From contig ADNK01001472.1 of the NCBI GenBank assembly GCA_000320545.1, positions 1 to 64,000 of the forward strand: 64,000 bases of DNA. Direction: 5' to 3'. This DNA is from Bigelowiella natans CCMP2755. Its lineage: Eukaryota > Protista > Cercozoa. The position numbers and the translations under genes were made by a program. A model generated the notes under the pieces. The model did no database searches. It saw nothing but the letters and a program-made list of their open reading frames with translations, and was not told the DNA's origin. Shown here piece by piece: positions 28,583-40,814 of this stretch. Position 1 is the first letter of the stretch, and each line of letters starts with the position of its first letter.

Positions 28583-29010
28583 TTCTCTCTCTGTCTATTT
28601 TTATTATCACTACTTTCTCCTGAGCAGCTTGAGAGGACTAAGACCATAGTTCTTGCCCTCAGCTTCAGAAGCGAATTCCTATGCATTGTGCGTTGTGCAA
28701 TTAAAAGGGGGTGGGTTACAGCATCACACACGCACACTGACGCATGTGTTTGTTGTATACCTGAAGCTGCTGATAGACGACTTCCTTCTCCTTGTGGCCA
28801 AATGCCAGACGGCGAATCACTAATTCATCAATAAAACAGCAGCAGCAGCAGCAGCAGTAGGATTCAAAATCATCTAGTATATGATGGACGGGGGAAGAAG
28901 CAAAAACGAAGGAGAAGACACAGCATGTAGCCATAACCGTAATGGTCAGTCACGACTGTTATCAACTTCGCTTGATGCATGCTGTCGTGATCATTATTAT
29001 CCTCATTCCT

Positions 29011-29045
<35 letters not shown>

Positions 29046-29266
29046 AAATCGATTTCCGACGAAGATTGCTGCCTCTCTCTCTCTCTCTCTCCCTCTCTTA
29101 TTACCCATCACTGCACCGCTAAGATGCCATGCGCGGAGACGTGAACGTAGCGGATAAGTTAATACCTTTCGCAAATTATATCGCCACCATCATTCATTAT
29201 TCTCATCATCACTATTACGTCATTTGCTCTTGAGGTGCGACAAGAACAAAGGAGAAAGCTGAGAGG

Positions 29267-29302
<36 letters not shown>

Positions 29303-29349
29303 ATATACATAATAATTAACTTCATGACGTGAGGACATCTTCCCCTATC

Positions 29350-29382
<33 letters not shown>

Positions 29383-29532
29383 CGTCTATACCCCTTCATT
29401 TGTAGACTCTAGAAGGTATAACCCTCCAATCACTTCAAAGTTTTTGCTACAATAAATATCGAGGAGTAGTGAAATAGTAGTAGGCGGAAAAACAGAGAAA
29501 GAGAAAGAGAGATAGAGAGTAGTGAGACACAA

Positions 29533-29573
<41 letters not shown>

Positions 29574-31690
29574 GTGTGTGCTCATCATCATCATCATCAT
29601 CGTCATCATCATCACCATGTCTTTCTTAGTGGATTCAATGGCTTGCTTATTCTTATCTCGATGTGATGGTATCGTCGTACAAACGTCATTATATAAACTA
29701 CTACTTTTTGAATTTGGACATGTACTTCGTCACTACGATGCCAACATGATCTGAAAGATGATCATAATGTAATCATGCAAAAGAGAGAGAGAGAGTAAGT
29801 GGGGATTATGCAAGGAAGCGTTGACTACGAATGCGATGGGTGACTCATTGTCCTTGGTTTGTTGTAGTCGAGAGGATGGAGAAGAACACGATGCCTATCT
29901 TCCTAAATAACAATTTTTCGCTAGTGCTCATCATCTGTCCTTCATCTCACCATAATCGCTGCTGAGGACGGTTCTCTGAAGAGCTGGCAATGCTCCTTTG
30001 AAGGGGAAGGAGAGGGAGAAGGGGGGTGGATATGCTACATTATAACTGTTAAATATCAGTTTTGAAGCAATGATATCAACTAATTAACATGACGATTAAC
30101 TGTACATTCATCATATAGACGTTTGACACATCATTCATTCCCATCAGCGCACATGGAGAGTAGCATCTTTTGCATACCTTGCGTTCGAAAGAGCACCACA
30201 TCTCCTGCAGGGGGGGGGGTAGGGAAGAGAATAGTAAGAATCACCACCACAACTAACATGAGCGATTTTGAAAGTTGAAGTAGTAGCTGAGCAGTTATGT
30301 GTGACGGGAAAAGCAACGACAGCGAGCCCAGCATCATCACTTCTTCTCATAGAAGAAAACAACATTGTATGTAAAAACTTTTATTTTTCTCTTCCACCTG
30401 GTTTGGCGATTCTACTTATTTGCTCCGCTTGTATGCGCTTTCGCTTCGACTCTTTGGAATGATCTAGAAAGGGGAAAAACACCATGGAGTGTGTCAATAA
30501 TTAACTATGTACGTACGTGCACGACGAAGATGATGGGCAACGTGAAAGCACTGGCCATTTAGACTCACCGGATAGAAACCCCAAAAACTCTAGCACGGCG
30601 ACATTTGACATTGCCTGGGATTTGTTACATTAAGTTTCACGGTCATTAAGCAGCAGCTAGCACAGCCACATATGGATGGACAAACAGACAGCAGTAAATA
30701 GCAGCAGCCCTTAAGAATTACTACCTCGGGCAAGGCCAGCAACTGTTGTAGGTAACTTTCAAGACCTTTTTTTCTAGAAGGGTGCAATAATATGTAAAAA
30801 ATTATAATCCACACATTGCCCTCTACTAATATTATGCTTGCTCTTCCCTCCATCGCTAATGATCCCCCCCTCCCCAAGTTCCCTCTTGGCAATTTGCCTA
30901 TTCTGTAAATACAACCGAGATTCGAGGAAAGCTTCCACCATATTTCCAGTCCATTTTTTCCCTGGCAACTTTGGTTTTTTTTTCAAGTCGCGATTGAGCT
31001 GAGAAAATACAGCGGAGTTGGTGGTGGGAGGTTATAGGTATTCCTCAGAATCGTACGTACGTCCTTTTTTTTAAACATGAATCATTCATAGGTGGTTTTT
31101 GTTGTATGGGGTTAGTGTGCGTGTTGTGCAGGATGGCACAAGGATGGCACAACACGCACGCGCAAAGTACCTTTTTATTTAACATTTCAAATTCACTGTA
31201 ACGTCGAAAGATAGACCTGATGATGATGACAAGAAGCATGTTAGTTTTTTTGGTCCTTCTTAAGCATAGCAACAACAACGAAAATTTTACCACGACATGT
31301 TCGAGACGGAGATGGTAATCTGATGATAATGCACACATAATAAGAAAGATACACAAAAAAGTAATTTTGAGCGTCGAAAACAGCGTTAACTAACGTCGCA
31401 GCGATGCTACCATTTGGGTGCACCATTCATCGTCCCACCTCATATGGGCGTAAATTTCTTCTCGAAGTGGAAGCGAGTCCGGTGCCGTAGTATATGTGCC
31501 GCCACGATAACATCTGGAAGAGTTGAAATGTGAGATATACTTGGTGAAGAAGAAGAGAAAGGAAACACAGAGTAACAGGAGAGAGAGAAAGGGTAGAGGG
31601 GGCTGGGGTGTGGGGGGAGGTTTGGATTTCCGACCGGAATTTTTTCCCTGCCCATCTTCATCCACCTTTCCCTGAGTAATACAGTTTCAT
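26431..31690 (-). CDS. PX domain + permuted papain-like amidase (NlpC/P60, YiiX/YebB-type) protein
   Basis: PX: YE|ITISVSNMSW|SIFRRYSEF...PKLPGKKW.GN...FLESR|KKGLESYLQQLL...VLEFLG. Amidase: PG|DVVLFRT...QRTVLSSDY|DHVGIVV...LYLLESTNEG|V...RRL...EGKNY...YFCSELVASAYQ...YYPSTF. Confidence 0.85.
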
Positions 31691-32030
31691 AGCAATTTGA
31701 TGAAATCGTCTTTTTGTTCCATCAGTTGAACCCCCCCTCAAGAAAGGCACAGAAAAAAATCAATGCATTCTGAAACACCTCAAGGAGGCCAGGAAAAAAT
31801 GGATGTCTGGGAGAAAAATGAGATACCTTGGACGCCATGGTCAGCACTCAAGAACAAATCAATTTCCACTACCGGGCCCTTCCATCATGCACCCCTGTCT
31901 GTTAAAAACGAGGTTGTGTCGCCACTCGGAGAGAGGCGATGTGAAGGATCTGTGCCAAAATACTCGAATTACGAAATTTGGTGGATGAAAAATAGCCTGG
32001 AATTTTTTTATGTCTGCCATTGTCATTGTA

Positions 32031-33760
32031 ATTGTTGCCACAGGGTCCGATCACCGGAAATCTGACAATGGCACACGTTGTTTCAGGACAGTCAACCTGT
32101 TTGAGGCACACCCAGCCATGCAATGTCAGCATGTGGTTCATCATCATTGTTCATTGTTCATTGTCAGCAGTGCCAGTGGTGCATCTTGTTGGAATGTTGG
32201 AGAGAACACGAATCTTGAATCTTGAATCATGCATCATGAATGAATCGTGGGGACAAACACTTGCTTGCTTCCAATTGCAGCTTTGGTTTCTTTCTCTCTT
32301 TGGATCCGGAGAAAACACCACTGGTGGCAGTTTCCCGCCTGGCCGTGTGTGCGACCTCTGCTGACCTTGACAGTGATTCTTTGAAGGCTGAACGGCCAGC
32401 GAGCTCGCAGTGACCGCTTCACAACACTTCCTTCGTTCGCACGACGAGTCTGCTTGGAACAATGAACAATGAACAATGATGGTGAACTGCACTTCCAAAG
32501 TGTTGCAAGACGTTTGCAGTGTTCGAAATGCAGTGCCTCGAACTGGCTTCAGTGAGGACTGTGTGACTGGCAAACAACTGGCTGGTTTTTCAAATTGGCA
32601 TGATTTGGTCATTGTGTTGCAATGACACCAGCGGCAAAACACTGACGGCGCAAGACCTCCACTCTGAACACAAACTTCCTGAAGGCCATGTCCACATGAC
32701 GATCTACGTTTGGATCATCCGAGGGGGCCCCCAGCAAAACTCTGGTTTTGGCAGAGTCCGGAGCATCAAAGAACGAAGAGCAGAAGGAAGAATCTGGGCC
32801 CAGAGCCAACCTCATGCGCGAGAGAAGTTTGTTTCTCTCTGCATTCAAGTGAGTGCAATGATGGATGAGGTGGTTGACAGTTTGAACAACCTCAGCATTG
32901 CAAAGAGGACAAACTGAGGAAGAGGGGGGCAGATTGTGAATTTTGGCCCTGCTAGCCTGCTAGCCTGCTTGGTGTCACCACTTCTGGACTTGAACACCAC
33001 ACACGTTGCGTCGCCGCCACGTTGAAGCACGTGGTCACATTGCTTCGTGCACGCTGGATTGCCAATGTGTCAATCTCAACTGTTGCTGGTTTCACACCAC
33101 CAGACCAGTCCAGCAGTCAGCCCTCACTGAAGTCAGTTCGAGGCACTGCGACAATCGCAGCATTGCAAGCTGGTCCAGAAGTGTCTTGCAACGTGACTGG
33201 AAACGTGGTCAATCATCACGTTTGTTGCCTGTTTTGTTTGTTTGTCTGTTTGTCTTCGTGTGTTCGTCGTCGACTTTTTTTTTCGCTTCTTCTCCTGCGT
33301 CTTCTCCTTCTTCTTCTTTTCTTCTTCTGTGACGCTGGAAGAAAAAGCGTGTTGCCTCTGGGCTTGAGTCCTCACTGAAACATCTCCACACCTCAGTGGT
33401 GCACGTGTCCTCGAAGTGCCGCCAACGCGACCCTCCAGCCCTCCACAGTTCGATGCAACTGGCTAGCTGGGAAGTGAGTGGCTGCACTTCAGTTGTTCAG
33501 TGCCCAGCTCTTTCTCGCTCTGCTAGCTCTGGAGCTAGCTAGCTCTGCACGTGAATTGTGCGACATCATTCATTCTCGAAGGATCAGCAAAACGCACTCA
33601 TCCAGCAGCAACGAGCTGAGTTTGCAATGACGAGCAGTCTAGCAGTTGGAGGGCAGTGAAAGGACACGTTGCAGGATGCACCAATGCGGAGCGCTGCTGG
33701 TGAACAACAACCGTCTAGCTGTGACGACGAAGCTTCGGAATCGAAGCGCACATCATTGAC
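32031..33760. other. TpA-depleted block (hypermutated DNA)
   Basis: Manual count: 9 TA in 1730 bp, 8 in CTAG and 1 in CTAC. CpG is plentiful and TG/CA is in excess. Confidence 0.92.
32510..32917 (+). pseudogene. Relic of an intron-containing gene with an ATG8-like C-terminal motif
   Basis: LHSEHKLPEGHVHMT becomes LYSEHKLPEGYVYMT if CAY is reverted to TAY; compare the ATG8 motif LYxEHKDEDGFLYxTY. A probable donor GCATGA would derive from GTATGA. Confidence 0.4.
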
Positions 33761-34005
33761 ACTATGATTGCGATTGTGAAATCTCACGCACGCGCACTGC
33801 GCTTGCTGTTCGCATCGATCAACGACTGCTGACGCTGCATGATAGACATGCAATACACAATATGCATCATCTGCAATGCATGCATGTGCATCATGCGTGT
33901 TCAGGATGCCATTCTGTGCATGCTGGCCTACAGCACATGTCATGCTAACATGTCCATCACACAAACGTGCTTGTCAACATTTCTTGCACCGAACATGTCG
34001 TAGTA

Positions 34006-35374
34006 CTACCACTGAAAATGCACAAACACAGCGTAGAGTTCGATGCTCTTCACGATATCCTCTGGAGTTGGCTTGGCCTTTTCCTCTGCAACGAGGCACT
34101 CCTTGATACCATTGTATAGGGCAAGGAGAATCTCTGCCTCAGAAATGCAGAAACGAGCAGACGGTGAAATATCAACCGTCCCGTCAACCCCGATAGGAGT
34201 GTGCTCTCCCCCAAGACCACGTACAGAAAGACCAAGAGGCTTCAAAATCTTCTTGGCATTCTTATCAGATCCCCCCTTGGTGAGGTTGGGGAGCTTGATG
34301 TGCACCGAAGCTCTCATACCAGTACCGATGTTGGTTGGACAAGATGTGACGACTCCAAACTCTTCAGACTTAGCACATCCACCATCTATCAGAGATTCGA
34401 TGTAGTCGATAGCAGCCTTCAAGCGATCGAAAACCACGTTAAGAAGAGTTCCCTTTGCCATTGCCATAATACGAAGGTGGTCTTCCTCTCCCACCCAGAT
34501 GACGAAGCCTCTGTCTGCTGAGATGTAGCATCCGCGACCGAAAGGCCAGTCTCGGGCAATACCAGCATCGAGAAGATACTTGTCTGCGGACATATCCTTG
34601 AACATGATATGATCCTTGACAAGAGAATCATATTCCTTCTTATCGATGAAGCTTGGGTGTCCAGGGGTGATCGAAACATACTTTCCACCAAACTTCTCGT
34701 CTGCAATAAGCTTATCGAAGACCTTCTGGAGGTCCTTCTCCATCTGGACGCGATCCTCCTTAGTCATGGCACCAGGCAGAGGAAACTTCTTCAGGTTCCT
34801 TCCAGTGCGCACACGCATCGAGAGATTCTCTTTCACTCCAAGCTTCGCAACATCGAGCTTCTGATCCTCAGGTACACCTTCAAGCTTGGTGATGTCCCAG
34901 TTGGTCACATGCTTTGTCTTCGAAAGATCCACCTGGAAATGCAATATAGCGAGGTTCGTCAATCAAACGAGCAGTAAAAGTAGTAGTAGTTGTATTAGTA
35001 GTAGGTACACGAAAAAACAATCCTGTTTGACACAGCCAATCAATATCATTAGTCACGCACACCTTATGATACTTCTGAAGAGCCGCCTTGAAGAAAGGCT
35101 TCAGGGTCTCGTAGTCATCAGGACGACAAGCGTAGCACCCCATGCTAGAGTCAGGGTTTTGAATACCACTGTTCATGCATTCGAGAAGCTTGGCCTTATT
35201 CTCGTCAGAGAGCGAGTCGTAATACTTCCTGTCGAAGCACTGGAGGGTGATGTTATCCGGCCACTTGGGTTTGAGCTCTTCGATGCTCTTCACGATATCC
35301 TCTGGAGTTTGCTTTTCCGTTGTATTCGTCATTTTTGGCTTTTTGCCAGGCCCGCATCCCATTGCAGATCCCAT
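34006..35374 (-). CDS. ATP:guanido phosphotransferase (phosphagen kinase, GEEDH type); exons 35374-35063 and 34932-34006
   Basis: NPDSSMGCYA, SMRVRTGRN, WPFGRG, WVGEEDHLRIM, TSCPTNIGTGMRASVH and VRGLGGEH. The N-terminus MGSAMGC suggests lipid acylation. Confidence 0.95.
34039..35309. repeat. 31-bp perfect direct repeat (34039-34069 and 35279-35309), encoding TPEDIVKSIE
   Basis: TTCGATGCTCTTCACGATATCCTCTGGAGTT is identical at both ends of the kinase domain. Confidence 0.95.
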
Positions 35375-36131
35375 CTTTCCTGCTGAAGCAACCTTGAATG
35401 GGTTTTGTAGAGGCTAGTGTTCGTAGATCGAACCGAACAAACCCGTGATGCGACAAGGATTTGTGGGCAAAAATTGTTGTTTTTATCCCATGAATCCTGT
35501 TTTTTCGTAGAAACGCCATGGGCTACGAACCTCTATTCGCACTGTTTGTTCGCAACTTACAGCAAAACTAAGCAAAACGAACGAACCTCACAAACATGAT
35601 TTTTTCGCCACATTTACACAAATATCTGTTAACCGGATTTTTACATCAGTAATAGCATTTTTTTGATGTCGTTTGAATCATTTTGTGGGATAATATCTAG
35701 ATCTAGATCTACTTTTCATCGGAATGGTACCTTCGGTACCTTTGCTGTCATCAATGGGTGCTTAATATTTTGATAAAGTTTTGGCATTTATTTTGTCGTA
35801 CATAGGAATCCGTCGCATGATTTTACTTTTAAAAATTTTCGTATCTATGACACAATCCCAGGTCGTCTCAACCTAAAATTTAGAATTTCATGGTTGAAAA
35901 CGGCAGTTGTATATACTTCAATAATGCATCGCAGTACATGTCTGCGACAATCAAATACGGCAGACTCTCGAAAAAGTGATTTGCGTCCTCCCCTGTCAGG
36001 AGACCACACCTCAAGTCGACGAGGCGTGGAAAGGAAGAACAAAGCACCAAGGAGAGCTCCCTGCCACTCTTTGAACAAAAGTAAGGAAAATTCTTCATAA
36101 AAATCATCACCTTTCGTTGACTTTTAACGCT

Positions 36132-36599
36132 ATGCCGAATGATGACTTAACCATCGATTCGTTCCTCGAATCCGCGAGTAGCCATTCGTTTCGATCTAGC
36201 TATTCCTCCTATCTGCAGCACAGCATGTGGTGAAAAAAACACATTTGCAGCCAGATACCTTGGATCTTCCTTTCTCTTTGAAATGGTGACGGCACCTCTC
36301 GTTATGGGTTTCGTGCTCATTATCGCATTCGTCGTACTAGCGGTCAAACGCGGTCATGTTCAGGTATGTACTCCATTTCGTTTCAGGAATCTTCAATTAG
36401 CTTAATGTCGATATATTTAGGCATGGACTGATATTTTCGTTGGTTCAATTCTTGGGGTCTTATTACTGATAACATCCGTGTTTGAAATCCTGAGAATATG
36501 CCTTCTCCCGCTATCAAAAACAATACTGGTAAGCTCATACCTAAACACCTACATCAATAATTACCCTCCCCCCCCCCCCAAACACACACGGAGAGACAC

Positions 36600-36643
<44 letters not shown>

Positions 36644-38441
36644 GCACGTATGCAGGACACACGCTTCTTCTTATACTTTCGTTTTTTTGTTATGATCCCT
36701 TTTGTTCTAGATTCGGCGAAGGCTGATCCCACCTGGTCATGGGCCTCGTAAACACAGGAGAATTGTCATATTTGATGGTATCTGTGTCCTCTGCAACCGC
36801 TTTGGAGCATTTGTACATGGAAGGTTATCAAAAATGCTTGGCAATTCGATATTAAACATTTAAACCTTAAAGCTAATCTATGCTAAGCACGGTTGTGTCT
36901 GTATGCTGGCAGACTGATCGATACAGGAGCAGTAGATTGGGTAATCATGCTAGTATATTACATATATTATTATGATTATGGGGAATGTGAATAAATGCGA
37001 GTTGGGGAATAAGATTGTTGTTCTCTTTCTATCCCTCTTCCGTGAAACAACCACTATAGGTTCCATTTCAAGACAAAGACAACGAGCACGTGGAGTAATA
37101 ATATTCAAAAGAAGAGGAGAGGAGTACTTAATATTTTCAATATTTTTCGCCGCTCATCCGTCTTCTCGTTCCCGCAGCAATATTTATTCCTATGTTATCT
37201 TTGGCGTTGGCGTTCTTACATCTATTCTTTCGCACATTCCTGTCTCTATCTCTCCTTTTCACTGGTGTTGTCATTCTTACCCTTGCAGCATTCCTGCTCT
37301 GGTGAAGGAGTTCAGCATCAACGAAGCCGACTTACAGGACAGGATATGTGCGATTAGTGGCAACGAAATTCTTTGGGTATGTGTCGTGCGTCATGGAGGG
37401 GGGATTGCAGCTGTTTATATTCCATTTTGTACGAATTCCTCCAGAGCTCGTTCATAACTTCTCTTCTCGTAGACAAATATCGTTTCTCCAAATATTGTTG
37501 TTTTGGGGGTATAACCTTAAGAAGAAAGATGTTTCGAATGGGTTTCCACCCACCACCACCACTAAGGTTTCTTTCTATATTCTTCCTTTTCAGGGTGCTG
37601 ATGCCGTAATCGAAGTATGCCAATGGTGGTAATAATATCATTACGTTTGTAGGGAAGTGAAGATAGAGGCGTCAATATTTGACCATCTTCATCTCTTCCA
37701 TCACTACCTTCAACTTTTATTAATTATCTCAGCGTCTGGCCTTACAACTTAGCATCGCTCGGCAAAATTGTTCCTTTTGCCTTCAGAGATGCAATTTACA
37801 GGACGGTAGAGAATGTTCTTATTTGTTCCTTCTAGATAGTTCCCGTTGAGTCTTAGATGTCACTATAGTTAGTGGTTGTGATGGTGAGGATGATGATATT
37901 CATAGAGGAAAGATGGATGCCCAACGAGTGGTTGTAGTTATACCAAAGATTACTAATACCAACAAACGTATCTCTCCACTCACCCCGAGTAGGTGGCAGG
38001 AGAGCGATATAAGTGGTTTGGAACGCAGGTAGTCTTTGTTTCAAATTTTCCGTACGTGACTCCAAGCTACAAACATCGATAACGATATAAATATTTTTGG
38101 TGAGTGATTTGCGTGTGAAATAATGAAATATCAAACATTGAATCAGATCGTAGCCTAAATGTTGGTGCTTTGTAATATGATATAGCCACTCGATGAGAAT
38201 TTTGCAAAGTATCTCTGCCCATACTACTATATGAACAAGAAGGCCTTCGATGAGAAAGCTCAGGTTCTCTCTTGACAACTGTGCAATAGTATGATCAATG
38301 AGTAATATCAGTCAATTTGTGTTGCAGAAGCGAGCTCTCGAAGCAGAAAAAAGAAGAAAAGAGATTGCAAAGACTATGAAAATGGCCGAAGCGGAAGTAG
38401 AGAGGAAAGCTGCGCTAAGCAAGAAAGGCAAAACCGAGTGA
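36132..38441 (+). CDS. DCC-family (DUF393) thiol-disulfide oxidoreductase with N-terminal TM helices
   Basis: Spliced: RIVIFDGICVLCN (DxxCxxC), VPFQ, GADAVIEV, VPFAFRDAIYRT|VAGERYKWFG. All exons are in phase. Confidence 0.88.
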
Positions 38442-39274
38442 TTCACAAAGTGCTCATATAGTTCATGAAAATTCAGTGCGCATATTCAACAGTATAATTT
38501 GGCGGTCAAACGACATGCAATATGAACAAATATGAGGCATCGCCTGCGAGCCGAGAGCTAGTCCCGCTCACGCACGAACGTAACGTTCAAGCTATGCAGC
38601 AAATACATCACTTGCTCGCCATGACTTTTATGCATGATTTGAGTCTACGATAGCTAGGCACCGTCAGCATCGTGCGCTATGACACCGGGCCCAATAATCC
38701 CATTTGAAGATAATTACGGCCATGTCAACAACATCTAGCTAGATATGAATGCATTTGCGCATCTGCCATCTAACTGAAGCGGACGTACGGCCTCGATCTG
38801 CCAGCGAGCATGTCTAGATGTAACAAGCAGGATCAATATGAGCGCAGCTGCGGCAGTCAAGTAGTAGGTACTGGATGCGTAAATCCAGCGCACTTAGTGC
38901 ACATTGCTAGATTGGTGGCCCAGCACGCCTAGCTCCAATGATGTATTCGGATCGGTAGTGGTAATCATTGTTGCCATTGTTTGTTGTGTCCTAGCCACAT
39001 GAAGACAATACAGAACTCTTGCATTATTGATCATTTGCTGGCATACTCATGACACCCTAGCACGTACAACAAATGTACTGCGTCTTTGTGCCGTGCTAGC
39101 TTAATGGGAGCGTACATAACGATGGCCACATTATTTGCCACGAGAAAGAGCACACATCAGACTCAATGCACACACATGATTGTACTAGCTGCGTCTTTGT
39201 AGGTCAATACTAGATTCTAAACTCTACTAATCAGAATGTCATCGCTCTGTTCCATTTACGGAGAAAGTAGAGAC
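38442..39274. other. CTAG-dense convergent intergenic block
   Basis: 12 CTAG counted in about 830 bp. Confidence 0.75.
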
Positions 39275-40814
39275 TTAAGAGGATGTAGAAATACGAAACA
39301 CCATCAGTGCCATGTCAAGCGTATAATGTGTCTTCTTGGTGTCACCGGAAGAGACATACGGAAGACGGGTCCACCTACGATACGATGCATATGTTAAATT
39401 TCGTGCAATATCGCTCAGTACAATTAACGTTATAAGAGAGCAGAAGAATGCAATGAATTATTATAAAGAAAATAAAACGTACGCGTGGTGTCAATACTAT
39501 GACATAGATGAATATGTAGTAGTTGCAGGAAAAAGCAGTGTAGAAACAGATGATAATATTACAACGGCAATTTGATATAAACATCATGTGAGGAACTCAT
39601 AGCTTCCTGAACCCCCCCCCCCCCTCTCTCTCTCTCTTTCTCTATCTCTCCCCTCATTTCCTTTTCTTTACACATGCATATGTACACTCGGAGAAGAAAA
39701 ATGCACACCTCCGGAGTTCAAGCTCTGGATGCAGCCGCAGGATCGCCTCCAAAATCACCGCTAATCTCATCTCAAACTGGGGATACTCCACTTCTGTAGG
39801 TATCCTGGCGATGTTCAGTGGGGACAAAGGTGCCCGTAACGATGGCTCGCCCCATTTTGAGCCCCTACGTCCCTCAAGTACAAGTGGCCGGAACGGCACG
39901 ACCGAAGCCACCAGAAGCAACCCCCCGGGCTCGATCCGGCTTACCGCCGATTTGAGTAGAAGCTTAGGATAGTCGCATCGGTCGAGGACATTGAAAAGAG
40001 CAGCTACTGAAAACAGTCTCGGGGGAGCGTCGTCGCCATCCTCATTGATTTCATCACTTAGCATCAGCTCGTCGGGTGAAGACACCACTCGGAAGCCTTG
40101 GGCGCTCAGTACAGTCCTCAGTGACTCTGAGTTCTCGATGCAGACTACATTGCGTCTATCACTAATGCCCAACACTGCTGTGAGTTTGGAGGTGACGGTG
40201 CCCGTACCTGCCCCGATGTCGAGTAGCGTTCGTTGCTGCTGCTGGCGGCCATTAGGTGATGATGAACTATCATCGTCAAGGGCGATAACATCCTGCAAAA
40301 CAGCCCGCAGCTGGGCCTCCGAAGCTACATATAGCGTCTTTAAGCCGACGAAGCCAGCTGCTTCGTACTTGTTCCAGCCTAAGTGTCGCTGCAGCGACCA
40401 ATATACCTGTTGCTTCACATACATCACTATCTGGCCCCACTTACTAGCTGTTGCCTCGGCCGAATCGGCCAAGAATTTCATGAGGCCTGTGTCAGGCGCC
40501 GACTGGACGAAGGATCCAGATGATGCGAGATTATTTGCTGCATCGTGGACACCCTCGTCCAATAAGGTTGAATATGTTTCGCGCTGGGTTGATAACCGTT
40601 CCATTTTCACCTTGTAACGCCGATGAGTAACCCGGTCGCCTTTCTTCGGGGCTGGCGCGTGGATCATTAGATGTTGGATGATGACGGCTAAAACGATGGT
40701 GAATGAGAGAGCAAACGTACTCATGCACATGGTGGCTGGCATGCTGAATATGCAGACTCTCTTTGTCGTCCTACTTCCTCCTCCTCCTCCTCCTCCCTCG
40801 TCGTCGTCTCGCAT
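39275..40814 (-). CDS. METTL9: Protein-L-histidine methyltransferase METTL9/DREV; exons 40814-39709 and 39374-39275
   Basis: LLDIGAGTG, FNVLDRCDYP, and final exon WTRLPYVSSGD...HYTLD. Confidence 0.85.

Noticed and set aside
32031-33760. CpG-methylation decay or fungal RIP as the cause of the TG/CA excess
   Set aside because: CpG is abundant and TpA is lost; RIP would increase TpA.
32151-33964. Cys/His-rich ORFs as real metal-binding proteins
   Set aside because: Loss of TA removes TAA/TAG stops and converts Tyr to Cys/His, so such ORFs arise automatically.
39991-40617. 208-aa antisense ORF over METTL9 (also antisense ORFs over ORC2 and the kinase)
   Set aside because: Shadow frames of GC-rich coding exons with no recognisable motifs.
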